Both the position numbers and the translations under genes were made by a program. This document shows positions 41,472 through 58,879 of a stretch of 64,000 nucleotides of DNA, in pieces. The DNA comes from the human T2T-CHM13v2.0 reference genome, Homo sapiens, in NCBI RefSeq assembly GCF_009914755.1, contig NC_060928.1; one strand, written 5' to 3'. The notes under the pieces are model-generated. The model saw nothing but the letters and a program-made list of their open reading frames with translations. It was not told the DNA's origin and searched no databases. The first letter of the stretch is position 1; each line of letters opens with the position of its first letter.

Positions 41472-43092
41472 ATTACATTTTAAGAGAAGCCACCAAATTT
41501 ATACAATTTGTGCTTACAGATTTCTATACAAAGACAAGAGAAATGCCTGATTCTTGTGTGTGTGTTTTGTTGTTGTTATTTTTTGTTTTGTTTTTTTCCT
41601 GTTGATCGATCACAATAACCAGGAAGGATTTTGGCATTTGGCATTTTTGCACCTTGGTTCTGACCTGGAAAGGAGGAGGGTGTGGCATTTATAGATAAGT
41701 AACTGAAGACCAAGGTCAAATGAATGGATGATGTAATTCATTCCCTAAACAGAGAAACGTCTGGTGCCTTCCTGGCCTCAGTCCTCTCCGAAGGGGCTGT
41801 TGGCTCCAGCCCAAAGGCCTCTGCATTCTTTGGCTTCCATTGATTTCTCACCTGATTCCAATCACATTGCCCTCTGACTAATACTATGTTTTAATGCTTA
41901 GACGAATTATGTATGCATTAAAAGGAAAACCTTGGATTTAAGCCTTGAGGTGAAATAGGATGCTTAGTCTGTGGTAACAAAAGAAGACTGGAAATGGAAG
42001 GAGATCAGCGAGGTCAGACACAGCAGCCCACAGACGCAGCCCTTGGCTGCTGAATGTCCTCCATCTCAGCCCATATGGTGACACTCTTGAGTGCACACTG
42101 GGCATGCAGCCCAGATAAATGCAGCCAGGATAAGTGGTTTCTATAACATAATGGGGTTAAATGAAAGATTTCTAACTCTCCCACTTTCATTTGTGGCTCA
42201 GAAAAGATTTTAGTAATGAAATCGAAGGTAATCAGAGATCAGCTGGAGGAAAGATGTATAATCAGATTTTCCAGTGTTCAGATTTGCTCTGGGGGAGGGG
42301 TTATGCATTTATTCAACAAATATTTCTTAAAGGCCCAGTATGTGCCAGGTATGGGTACAATGGTGGCCTGTCCACTTGGGTTTACGGTCTAGCACAAGGG
42401 AGCTAGGTAATCATCAAATACCTATGCAAGCCCACCTACAGTAAGTGCTATCGGTTAAAATATAGACATATTTAGGCATGTTAAGAAAGTCTCACGTGAA
42501 TTTTGTGAATTAAATGTGTAGAGAAACTCCCAATATAGAGCATCTTAAACTGCTGAAGTATTTAAAAAAGACTGTTTTGCCAATTTTGTTGTTATAATTT
42601 ACATACAATGAAATTCGCTGATTTTAACTGTACAATTCAATGAGTATTGACAAATGTATAGAGTCCTGTCACTGCCACCACATCATGACATAGCACACGT
42701 CCATCACTCCTGAAGTTCCCTTGTACCCCTTTACAGCCAGTCCCTTCCCGCTACCTTCTGACCCCAGGCATCCACTGATCTGCCTCCTGTTTCGCTTTTT
42801 CTAAAATTTCCTATAAATTAAATCATATGTAGTCTGTCATGTAACATGGTGCTTCTGAGATTTCTTCTTGTGATGCATGTCAGGAGTCTGTGTATTTCTC
42901 TTGGTAAGTAGTATTCTACAGAGTGGATATACCACGATTTGTTTTATTAATTCACCAATTAATGGACATTTGAGTTCATTCTGGTTTTTAGCTATTATGA
43001 ATAAAGTTGATATAAATATTCACCTACAAGTCTTTGGGTAGACATATGTTTTTACTTTTCTTAGGTAGATACCTAGGAGTGGAATGGCTGGG

Positions 43093-44010
<918 letters not shown>

Positions 44011-44217
44011 TATGGTATGTGTATGTTTAACTTCATAAGAAACCTGCTCAATTGTTTCCAAAAGCAGCTACACCATTTTACACTTCTACCAGCAATGTAG
44101 GAGAGTTCCAGTTGTTCCACATTCTTGACAATACTTGATATTGTCAGTCTTTTTGATTTTTAACCATTCTCATATAGTGGCATTTCATTGTGGTTTTAAT
44201 TTGCATTTCCCTAATGA

Positions 44218-44563
<346 letters not shown>

Positions 44564-44681
44564 GTTCATTCTTTAGTAAAATGTCTGTCCAAATCTTTAG
44601 CCCACTTTTTAAATTGGATTATTTGTCTTATTATTTCAAAGCTCTGCTTGGCTGATGGTAAAGTTAATAAAAGACAGAACT

Positions 44682-44990
<309 letters not shown>

Positions 44991-45815
44991 GGCCGAACTG
45001 TAAGAAAGCTTGATTGCAGGAGGGAAACAGGGTAGAGCAGGCCTTTTTATGGGTGGGGGTGGAGAATGTCTGCCAACCCTCCATGGCTTACGGTTTGAAT
45101 TTGAATGAGCCACATACAAGGGAAGAAGATAAAAAGCCTGGGGCTTGAGCAGGGCTGGAGGCCAGATAAGAGATGCCCAATCTGAAGCCAGAACCCCTGA
45201 AAAGCAACACAATGATTATACAAGGGAAAAATGTACCTACATAACACCATGTTACCTATCTCAGGCTTGGCTCTGGGTGAAGTATGGAGAAATGCTCAGA
45301 ACTGCCCAACCATATGCTCCAACTCACAAGTGTGTGAACCTGAAATGTACACTTGCTACTGGGCTTGAAAGCTTTAAACATAAAATTTATTTTAAAGTGG
45401 TTTCATGTGGGAAGTGTCTCAATCTTCCTAATTCACCTACCTGGGCATTGCACTTTAACACAGAGTTCCCACAGGATAAAGCTTCCAGATACAAGAATTC
45501 ACCATAAATAAAAACCACTAAATAAACAGGAAAATAAGACATGAGTAAGTGTCAGCTGAGACAAAAAGCTGCTGACTTAAACCTGCAAAGGCTGAATACT
45601 AGAGTGATCGGTATGGAATATTAAATAAGTGTGTTTGACATTTTGTAAAAATAATATAGTGGAATACAAGCATAACATGAAGCAAAACACCTAAAGTTGA
45701 CAGATTAACTAGAAAAAGAAGCAAAAATTAGATGGCAGCTGATTCCTCAATAGCAACAGTGAAGCTGTAAGACAGCGGAATTATATTTCAAAGTATTACT
45801 TGAAAATAACCATGA

Positions 45816-46135
45816 GACTGGGCGTGGTGGCTCACATCTGTAATCCCAGCACTTTAGGAGGCCAAGGTAGGTGGATTGCTTGAGGCCAGGAGTTTGAGAC
45901 CAGCCTGGGCAACATGGTGAAACCCCGTTTCTACAAAAAAAATACAAAAAATTAGCCAGGCATGTGGCAGCTCCAGTCCCAGCTACTCTGGAGGCTGAGG
46001 TGGGAGGATCACTTGAGCCCAAGAGATAGAGGCTTCAGTGAGCCATAATCACAACATTGCATTCATTCCAGCCTGGGCGATGAGTGAGACTCTGTCTCAA
46101 AAAAAAAAAAAAGAAAGAAAAAGAAAAAGAAATAA
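45816..46135 (+). mobile_element. AluJ
   Basis: TSD aaataaccatga / aaataaccgtga. Confidence 0.93.
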
Positions 46136-46386
46136 CCGTGAACCCCAAAATCATGTCAAGTGAAACTGTATATCAGAACAAAACCAAAATGAAGACATTA
46201 TCAAACCAAAGCTGAGATAATTCAGTAATAAAACACTCTATGAATCTTCCCAGGGATGTACTTTAAGGAAAAGGAGAATGATCCCAGAAGGACATTCTGA
46301 GAAGCAAAAAGGAATGATGAGAAATATAGGTAAAAACTGTGTACAAATATAAGCAATGTTGCATTTATAAAATATTAATAATAGTG

Positions 46387-46670
46387 GGCTGGGCACTTTG
46401 GGAGGCCAAGGTGAGAATTGCTTGAGCTCAGGAGTTCGAGACCCACTTGGCAACATAGCAAGATCTCTTCTCTATTAAAAATTTAAAAAATTAGCTGGGA
46501 GTGGGGGCATGTGCCTGTGGTCCCAACTACTCAAGAGGCTGAGGTGGGAGGATCACTTGAGCCCAGGAGGTGGAGGCTGCTATGAGCTGTGATCTCGCCA
46601 CTGCACTGTAGCCTGGGCAACACAGTGAGATCCTGTCAGAAGAAGAAAGACAAAGACAAAGGAGAAGAAT
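46387..46670 (+). mobile_element. AluJ with a 5' internal deletion
   Basis: ggctgggc joined directly to actttgggagg. Confidence 0.88.
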
Positions 46671-46759
46671 AAAAAGAAGGTCTAATTGAAGGGTCAAAAA
46701 TGTGCAATGTAGAACTAAAATCCTGGAAAAAAAAAAAGCCTACAAATTAGGATAAACAC

Positions 46760-47239
<480 letters not shown>

Positions 47240-47317
47240 TCTGACTTTGAATCTACCATCTTAACCACTCTACCACACTGCTCTCCATGGAAATGTTTGT
47301 CATGGAAAATATAGGGG

Positions 47318-47753
47318 TCAAAGCAGGAGCATTGATTGAGGCCAGGAGTTCAAGACCAGCCTGGGCAACATAGCGAGACCTTGTCTCTAAAATAAATAAA
47401 ATAGAAAATAAAATGAAATAGAAAATATTGCCAGGCATGGTGGCTCATGCCTGTAATCCCAGCACTTTGGGATGCCAAGGCGAGAGGATTGCTTGAGCCC
47501 AGGAGTTTGAGGCCAACCTGGGCAACATGGCAAGACCCTGTCTCTACAAAAAAAAAATTTGTTAAATTAGTCAAGCATGGTGGTACACACCTGTAGTCCC
47601 AGCTACTCAGAGAGGCTGAGGCAGAAGGATTACTTGAGCCCAGGAGATCAAGGCTTCAGTGAGCCATGTTTGTATCACTGCACTGCAACCTGGGGGGCAG
47701 AGTAAGAAAAAAAAAAAGAAAAAAGAAAAAGATGAAAGGAAAAAGAAAAAAAA
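47318..47753 (+). mobile_element. Alu left-monomer fragment followed by AluJ (47430-47753)
   Basis: Two adjacent sense Alu-derived segments with A-rich tails. Confidence 0.88.
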
Positions 47754-48214
47754 TTGGCAAGTATAAAGCCAAGAATTCCCTCAAATCATCATAGTCGTAA
47801 GTATACACACATATAATTTTGAAAAAGATTGGAATCACAACTATCTACTGTTTTGAATCTCACTTAATATTATCAGTTAATATAATATTCTGAATATAAT
47901 CGTCCTGCTCTTAATTATCCTTTAGAAAGACATTTTTCAATGACTGCATTCTTAGTATCTTTTAACTGACTTCTACAATGTTCATTGTTAATTTTTGTTA
48001 AAAGTGAAGATGATCTGTTTAGAATTTTCTGTTTTCTCAAACATGAAATGTATTAGGAGATGCCTATGTAGGGATGTCTATTCTATTGCTGGGTATACAT
48101 ATTTCTGCTTTAGGGATCTCCATTTGCAAATAAACATGTGTGTCACATGTTTACAAAATTTGTGCTTCAAAGCAGATTCAGGATACAGCATGTGAATTTT
48201 CAAAACAGAAATTA

Positions 48215-48820
<606 letters not shown>

Positions 48821-49244
48821 ATTTTTCTTAACAAAAAGGTTTTTTTGCTTTATGAAGAAATTTTCTTGTGTGTTTTATTTTGCATAAACCGTTTCCCTAG
48901 AATATGGAAATATCACTTGCTTTGTGAAAATTGGATGCATGTGAAACTTTTCAGAAATGAATTTATGACTTTTTAAAGGATGCATTTGTATGTACATATT
49001 TCAGTCTCAACCCAGAGATTAATATAATCATATTACCATAATGTGTATAGTAAAATCTCATTAATTCAAACATGCCACTGATCTTTAACTTTTAATAGCT
49101 CAAATACGGAATACATAATTGATCATAGGATAAACCAGTACGGGGCATGTGTAATTTTTTTTATATACAATCTTCTTATGCCTTAGATGCAAGCTCATTA
49201 ACTTGTTTCATTTTACCTTTTAGCGCCTATTTGTGGTGTGATTA

Positions 49245-49619
<375 letters not shown>

Positions 49620-49984
49620 TTAAATGTTTAATAAATATGCATAGTCTCATCTACACTTCCTCTTTTCTCCATAGAAACCGACTGAAATCATGAGTGAAAT
49701 TTCATAAGCATCATGGCCTGATGATGCAAGACTGTATTTGAAACAATTCTTGAATTTCTGTGCACGAGATCATCTATAGCCAAATATTATTCCCATGAAG
49801 TCTCACCTCTGTTTCATACATCTTTATGGGCTTCTCCTCACTCCTACCTGGAGCCAGCTAGTGCTCTGTCAGTGCAAAATAACTGTTTAAATAGTATCTT
49901 AAGGAAAATAAATAGAGAAAAGGAAATAAGCCGAAGGGAATGATGGAATTCATTCTAAAGCCAGGTATTAACTCACTGGTAGGG

Positions 49985-50369
49985 AAGGGCGAGCGACGCA
50001 GTCCCTCGCCTGCGATAGCCACTGACCCCACTCAGGCTCGCGCGGCCCCTCTTCCATTCCCCCAAATCACTGCCGTCTTATTCCTGCCCAACCACCCTCG
50101 TCAATCTCTTTGAATCTGTGATTTAAAACAGGCATTCATGGACATTCTTCTTAGAAGGCCTAGTGCTAAGTCGCAGTTGTCAAGGGAACCGCGTGTCTGG
50201 AGGGAGAACAGGCTCTCCGGAGTTTCCCGGGAAACCACCCCCCGCAGAGGCAGGTGCGGCTGGCTGGGCCTCGCGGGGAAGGGCTCTCTGGGCGGAGTCG
50301 GGGCACTCGGGGCCTGGGGCGTGGTCGCCGGGCTGCCGTGCGCTCGGGATCAGTCTTTTTATACATATA

Positions 50370-50411
<42 letters not shown>

Positions 50412-51870
50412 TATATGTTATAAAATTCTAACTTCGGTGGAGTACTTTACTTTGATATTCCACTTGCAAAACAGAACCACTGATTCCTTCCTGCTTGACA
50501 AGATTGAGTCGCTATCAAGGAGCTGCCCGTGCTTTGGAAATGGTCCAAATCGACGAGGAACTGCCAAGGAGCCCCCTCAGACAGTAAGGTTCTGTTGGCC
50601 AGGGTCCTGGGGACAGACACGAGTGTTGGTGCGCGCGACTGAAACGGGAGCAGAGCAGTTGAATGAGCTTCTTACGCTTTGCATGGTGCGCAGAATATCC
50701 CACCGATACCCAGAAATCCAGTAGAAATAGGGACGAGTGTTGCTGCGAAAGAGCCTTTTGCATTTGAAATGCATGTTAGGTTAACTGGAAAGGCGCCTGC
50801 CTCTTGTTTTGTTTCAGAAATACTGTTGGGAAAAGGATCCGATTTCTGCTCGGAGTGAAGGAAGTGGTCTCTGGAGAATTCCTAGGTCAAGGCTGGCATT
50901 TGCACCTTTTCATGGTCTTTCCCTGCACAGTCACTTCAGCGGCGGCGTCGCTGGGGCTGAGGCCGGGTGACTGCGGCTAGGCATGCGGATTTAGTTCCCC
51001 GCCTGTCATCTTTGTGGCTCCTTGTGGGGGAGGGGCGGGCGGTCTGACACAGTTATTAAACCTGGCAGCTGCGCTGGCGGCACTGAGGAGCATTTTGAGT
51101 GAGCTTGCAGAAAATGAGGGGCTTTCAGCTGGTCGCCTGCTTGTCACCTCTCGCTGCCTGAAAGGCAGCTCTCAGAGCCCTTTCCTGTCCTTCTAATTAC
51201 AGCGGCGGGGGCAGTGCGCGCTTCGGGACGCAATTGGAAACGTGAGTATCTGTGTCCCCCGCGCTGCTGGCAGGCGGCTAGGCGCTTAAAGCTTCCAGAC
51301 CGGTGGCGGGGACGGAAAGGCAGGGATAGGAGAGGCGGGCGCGCGTGCGGCGGGGCTGCGGGAGGGCCCCGAGACGCGCGTCGCCACGCCTCGTCTGGAG
51401 GTGGTGCGCGCTGGCGAGGAGGCGACAGCCCGGAAGGCTGCAGACGGGGGCGTTGAGTGCAGGGTTGCCAGCGCCGGGCTTGGAACCGCCCTATGCTTTG
51501 GGGATCCACACACAAAGGAAATAACCTTGGCCTAGGCAGCCAGGGCAGGCAGCCCCGTCCCGCCCCCGATCTTTCCGGCCCTTTTTGAAGATGGAGAGAA
51601 GGCGCGTTTTACGGTTGGCTCGAAACGAGATGAGGCCAGTGTTCCAGCCCGTGGGGACCTTTGTGCGCTGCGCAGTGGCGGCTGCGGCCGGTCCTGCAGG
51701 GACACGGGCGTGGCGGCGTCTCAGGGAGCGGCGCGCATCGCTGAGTCCGGGCCCCGGAGGGGGCGCGTCTGGGTTTCTTTGAGATCTCAGCGCCTTTGGG
51801 ATTTCAGAGCCCTGCAGGCCTCAGTCTCTCGCCGCGCCCAGAACTCGTTTCTTCCTTCTCTTCGCACAAG
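49985..51870. promoter_or_regulatory. CpG island (candidate promoter or enhancer; no associated coding exon seen)
   Basis: Dense CpGs, GC-rich and TE-free, densest at 50930-51850; GC boxes gggcggag (~50290) and ggggcggg (51032); gcgcgcgtgcg NRF1-like (51339). Confidence 0.85.
50357..50425. repeat. AT-rich palindrome with (TA)n core, perfect over 50363-50418
   Basis: acatatatatatgtgtgt(at)10acacacatatatatatgt is its own reverse complement. Confidence 0.95.
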
Positions 51871-52746
51871 GGGTTTAAGAGGGCAGACATGAAGTGAAAA
51901 GACCTCAATTCCCTCCTTTCTCCCCAAAATATGAGTGTGGGGGGTGTGGTTTTTTTTCCTTACTATAGATTGCTAAAAGGAATCTTGAAGTTCAACTCAG
52001 TTTTATATTTAATTCCAGACAAGGTTTTAATTTTACAGAGCTGGCATCATGCAAGGGTGTGTGTCTCTGTCGTTTACACATTTCTTAAAGAAACTCGGCC
52101 CTTCCCTAAAGGTTCCGAGGAGCGTTTCACAGAGTCACGTGGTTTCAGAACGTCCTGTTTAATGTTTCAAGTGCATTTCTGTGTTGATTTGGCTGAGGCC
52201 CAAATATGTGATACAGAGGCAGGCGGACCTGAAGTCTAACTACTGCAGTCTCTGAGGCTCAGGTTTCTTGATGTGGTGTCTGGCCTCCACGGTCAGGGGC
52301 TGATAGCCAATGGAAGACCTCACCTTCCCCAGAGGGGCTTACCAGAGCCAGGACCCTGTGTTGGGAGTGTGAGCAATGAACAGTGAACAACTACTTAAAC
52401 TTTCCAGGTCTCCGTTTCCTCATCCATATAATGGGTGTAACAGGATAATATCAGATATCCATCAAAGTAATATCTAACTCCTAGCCTAAGAGATAGGCTA
52501 CGATTTCTGCGTGTCTTCCATCTCCCACCAAGCAGCTTTTCTTTTAACCTGACATTGGAGGATTGGCTTAATGAGAGCAAGTAGAAAAGACAGAAAGACT
52601 ACAAAGTGGAAAAATTAAAATATAATAATCCTCAGAAAAGTAGTAATCAGTATAGCTTAGAATTTGCCTAAAAATACACTAACCAATTGCTTGTACACAC
52701 ATGGTGTCCATATGGACACATATGGTCTCTTTAATTTTATTTATCA

Positions 52747-53281
<535 letters not shown>

Positions 53282-53664
53282 TCAAAACTAGAAATAAATA
53301 CTTCTACTGAATTCTACTCTAGTAAAATAATGGTTAGGGTATTGTTCTTAATTTTGTCCACTGTACTTTAAAAAGAATATGCAGAAATTGGAGGGAAGGG
53401 GTTCAGAATGGGGAAATCAAATAATGAGGTGGAAAGAGGAGAGACTAAAAGAACCGAGGCTGTTTTAGGGAGAGAAGGTGGAGTGGCGACTTCGTTACTG
53501 TCAAATGTGTGAGGGGCTGAGAAGGATGGAGTAAGAGAAAACCAGATTTTGATTGGATATAATGAAAAACTTACAAAATGGCGAAAAAGTAAAATTAACC
53601 ACCAAGAGGCGTCTAGAAGTGAACAATTTATCATCTGCCGTTCATGGCCCCAGCCCAGCCATTC

Positions 53665-53800
53665 TTTACCCTAGCTGCAGGCTAGAATCACCTGGGGACT
53701 TAAAAACTCCTCTGAACCTGGATCCTTCCCCAGACTCCAAGATTCTGACTTAACTGGTATAAGCCCAGGTATGGATATGTTCTAGGAGCTCCCTAGGCAA
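53665..53800. mobile_element. MER5-like hAT-Charlie fragment
   Basis: gctgcaggctagaatcacctgggga...agattctgacttaactgg...gctccctagg. Confidence 0.6.
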
Positions 53801-53939
53801 AACACTAGGTAGAGAAACGTTGGTCCATGCCTAAGAGGACAAAGTCTACCACTGCAGGGCCAGGCAGGGAGCATAGATATCCAAGGAGGGCCAGGACCTG
53901 CTGGGGTTCACTTGCTGAGGAGGCAGCTGTGAGCCACAC

Positions 53940-54135
53940 TCAATGTTCTCCAGATCTTCTGATTTGCCAAGGGAAGCTGGAATTTTTGGTTTTTACATTT
54001 GTGAATATGACATCTCCAGATCTTTAGAGGTTGGCAACTAATTAAGGGTAAAGCATTTTAAAATGTTTCGTGCTTGCTGAACAAAACACCCCAGCCGAAG
54101 CTGGCCCCTCATCCAGATAGGCAACTGCAACCAGA
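53940..54135. mobile_element. MER102-like hAT-Charlie fragment
   Basis: ccagatcttctgattt...gaagctggaa...gttggcaactaatt...aacaaaacac. Confidence 0.55.
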
Positions 54136-56934
54136 CTTTTGCCTTCTTTGTGGGTAACGGGTGTGAATGGGAGCTCTCCCGGGGCCTCTTCTAGCTTCAG
54201 TTTTATGATTTGATGCTTTCTTTTTAACCTGAAGAAACATCTCTTGGCCTCAGTCTTTTTAAAGGCATGTCATGTCTTCCTGGCCGAGTGTCTACCCCTC
54301 CATAGATCTCTCTGGATTGTTTGAATAAAGGAACGTTTCTAGTTCCCTAATCTTACCCTGGCTGTAAATTAAGGAGGCTGCCCCCTGGAGATTCTGAGAC
54401 AGTGAGAATTCTAACCATTCTTAACCACGCCTGCCACCTCCCCCACATCCGCCACTCACAGCTCCCTTGCTCCCTCCACTGGTGATGTAGATGGGGTGAG
54501 TGGGGTTCAGGAGGCCTGGGAAGTGTCCTGAAGCTGCCTCCTGGTGCCCCATCTCTTGCAGGGGAGGGGAGGAGTATGGATTGATCATATATATAAGCTT
54601 ATAAGCAGCACCATTGTTGAAGTATGATTCTTACAAATGAGACTCTAAAATTCCCAGTTCACTCATCTCTTGAATTTCCCTCTAGCCTCTCTAAGCCACA
54701 CAAGCCACGGAGTATAGTATGTCTCCATCACCAAAGAGGAGCAATCGACACCTCTCTGCATAGACAAGACTATCTTGACCAGAGGTACAACAAATCCAGG
54801 CGGACTAGCACTGAGAGTTGACTGGATTCTCCCTGCCTCTCCCCTGTGGGTTAGGGCTGTTGTACTTTGGATGGTGGGGCCAGGTGGTGAAGTAACAGGA
54901 AGGCAGATCACCTGCCTCTCTAGCATTCCCCGCCCCTGCCTGCCCACCCTGCTGTAGTGCTAAGACCAGGGTGACACCTCTCTTCTTTCCCAATGATGAG
55001 GCACTGACAGCCTTCCAGGGTGGCAGAGAGACCTGTGTGTGCAAGGTGGCAGAGATGTGGCGCAGAAGAGATGGGCACTTACTCCAGTGCTGATACACAG
55101 AAGCCAGCTTTGTTCAAAACAGTGTTGTTTAGCAAGGTTGCACTGTATATAAATTAAATCAACATCCTTAAGCAGCTGCCTGTTTTCAGTTCCCACAGGC
55201 TAAGCAGGCAAAACCAGAGCGACTATGAGCAGGTGTCAGGTTCCCCTCCAAAGGTCACAAAAAAAGAAAAACCCCAAAGCCATGGCCATGCTGTCTCCAG
55301 TCCTTTTGCCAGCCTCTTGGTTCTCCAAAGTCAAATCTTTGGCTTGTGGTCCAAAGATTTCACTATCAATGAGAAGGTAAGGGGAGTTTTGAAGTTAGAA
55401 TGTGTAAATGGCCCAGGGAAAAGGAAAGGAAGTAAGATCCAGCTGTTTGGTTGGATTCTGGTTGTCAAACACAGAAATATGTTTCTTGGAGGAGCAGAAG
55501 CCACATCAGCCCCAATTTTGAGTTGCCAAAACCATAGGCTCGGGCTGAGATGCTCTACCCTGGCATAATCTCTCTCCCTCTCTCTTAGTGACTGCGTAAA
55601 AAATGTGGTTGATTCTTTTCCTGGAATCATAGATTAGCACATTCCACTGCATTACCCTCTGCCCCCAGCTAGACCAGATCCTGAGGAGCAGGGGATGAAT
55701 AGTGGGGTGCTCTGACACCCATTTAACAGTCTCACAGTGCCTTGCTTCGAGCCACTAAGCAGCCTCAAAGCTGTGCCCCAAAATGGGCTGCACACAAGGT
55801 TCTTCCTACGTGCTCCTTTCAGGCATGAGACCAACCTTGGGGATCAGTATTCCTGTCCTCTTTTCCAGGGCAGTGGTTAAATACCATCCACTGCTTTGCA
55901 CTGGCACCTGGAATGTCAGGCTCTGACTATTTCTGGCTTGATAATGACAGGTTCCCTATGGAGAATTTTGGCCTATGAGCTTGTCAGCCAGGGTTTACAC
56001 AGTCAGTTTGTGTTTTTTCTTGAGGTAGTTTACCCGGTTGCCTCTCTATTCTAGAGCTTTCCTGTTGGCTCTTTCTTTTTGACAAATTGACTACTTAACG
56101 GAAGATCTACTTAAGTGTGTCCAGGGACAGAGAGAGAAGGTAAAACCCCAGTCTATTGCTTTGAACCTTGTTGTGGTGGTAGCAGAAAAATCAACGAAGG
56201 GGAAATTTCATACTGTTGGCTAAAATGCAACTATTCAATTCATCCCTGTCCTGATCAATAATTCTTATTATATGAAATTAGTAAGAATATTAGGAAAGCT
56301 CAATTATGCAATCCTATGAACTATAATTGGTTTGTAAAAACAATTTCATTGGAAATTTTATTTAAAGTAGATTATTTTGATCATTGTATAGTGGCAAATC
56401 AAAAAGTAAATTCTCCTCCTAAGGTATAGTGATATGTAATGGGCAACAAAAATGCAGGAAACTTTAAATCTGTTAAATAATCACTCTTGTTCCTACTGAG
56501 AATGAAAAAAAGCAAAGGAAGCATGTGACAATTTTAAAACATTAGCTCTTGCCATCATGTTTAGAAGAAAGATTTGCACAATTAAAAAAAAACAGATAAA
56601 AAATAAAACAAAGACAGTGTCAGGTGGAGTGCTAGACTGGCTAATCAAATGCTGGGACAAGTGGTGCGGATAGCCTGTTCTACACCAAGGCTAGAAGAGG
56701 GGAAACTGATATTCTTGGACACAATCAGGTTATGAGTGCTGGCTCTAGGGCTTTGAGCGGTGATCTAGAACTGGAAAGGTAAGCCGAGAAGGTGGAAATA
56801 CTTTTCACCTAAAGGCAAACAGCTTGAGCAGTGGCTCAAAAGGCTGCAGGAGCATGGATTTGGCAACTCATTTGATATGGGGAGAAAGAAGACAGGCTTT
56901 CTTCTTGGAGACCGGTGGTTGGGGTTTGTATTTC

Positions 56935-57090
56935 AAAGGTGTGTGACCTTGAGCAATTTGCTTAAGATGCAGTGTCTCAATTTTCTTATCTGTAAATGAA
57001 CAACTGAGCCATTGCAGGTTGTTCTAAGGATTAAAGAAAATTGATATAAAGTGTCCGGCACTGTTCATTGCATACAGATGATTAGTCTGT
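56935..57090 (+). mobile_element. MIR
   Basis: tgtgtgaccttgagcaatttgcttaa...tctcaattttcttatctgtaaatg. Confidence 0.7.
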
Positions 57091-57267
57091 GATGAGTATT
57101 TTTTTCAGGACAAAGACATAAAACGGAACTGTATCTTACTTCAATATCAGAATGAGGACTTTGAACTTGTTCTCAAGACCATACGAAGCCACCCTATGGT
57201 GGCTTTAGGAAGTGAAAGCATTTTTATACCACTTTACATTAGAAGTTCATTGAGTTTTTACAAAATC

Positions 57268-57572
57268 TTTTTTTTTTTTTTTTTTTTTTGTAGAGACAGT
57301 ATCTTACTCTGTTGTTGAGGCTGGAGTGCAGTGACATGAACATAGGTCACTGCTGCTTGGTTCTGGACTCAAGTGATCCTCTCGTGTCAACCTCCCAAGT
57401 AGCTGGGACCACAAGTGTGCACTACCACACCCGGCTAATTTTTTTAAATTATTTTTTGAAGAGACAGGGTCTCGCCATATTGTTCATGCTGGTCTTGAAC
57501 TCCTGGGCTCAAGCGATCCTCCAGCTTCAGCCTCCCAAAGTGCTAGGATTACAGGCATGAGCCACACCAGCC
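57268..57572 (-). mobile_element. AluJ
   Basis: Antisense dimer with a T22 tail. Confidence 0.92.
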
Positions 57573-58221
57573 TAAAAATTCTTATATGACCATTTGAATC
57601 TCTGCTTAGATTTTTTTTCTTCTCTCTTGTGCTTGTAACTCAAACTTTAATACTTGAAAAGATTCATGAAAATTTGAATATACTTTTCTAAATCTGTAAG
57701 AAGACTGTCTCCCAAGATGGTTTGTCAGTAAACCATGTGGTTTATGGTCAGCATTGTGTTATCTCCAGCCTTTCTGAAGAGCTAACAGTAGCTCCGAGTT
57801 TAATTATGTAATAAGCTATGCCTACTATTTGATGCCACGAGAAATAAACTTTGAAAAAATTCAGTACTTGAAAATATTTATCAAATACGTAGGATCGTCT
57901 ATTTCCATTAGTATATTATTCTTGAACATTTTCCCACAACCCATTATTTTTAGCTATTTTAAGTAAGAGTTACAACTTTGCTATGCTTTTGGTTTGGTGA
58001 TGAGTAATGTTTCCATTGTTATATCTCTATTTTACAACTTCCCTGAACTGTTTAGTGCAATTTTTAGAATATGAGTCAGTTACAATCTTTACACTGCAGT
58101 TTTGAACCATCTTTTTATGACCTTCTAAGCGAAATATTTCTCTGAAAATTTCCCCTGCTTTCCCTCTCCCCTTTCCTTAATTCCCTTAAGTTAGTCTTTG
58201 TTAAGCATTATAATTGAGTAG

Positions 58222-58879
<658 letters not shown>

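Noticed and set aside
50138-51892. Arg/Gly/Ala/Pro-rich ORFs across the CpG island
   Set aside because: Expected from high GC content, mostly non-ATG starts, and no recognisable domain.
57186-57205. Short hairpins and palindromes (aagccacc-ctat-ggtggctt here; also 49988-50010 and tataagcttata at 54592)
   Set aside because: Stems this short are expected by chance in 64 kb and are too short for a pre-miRNA.
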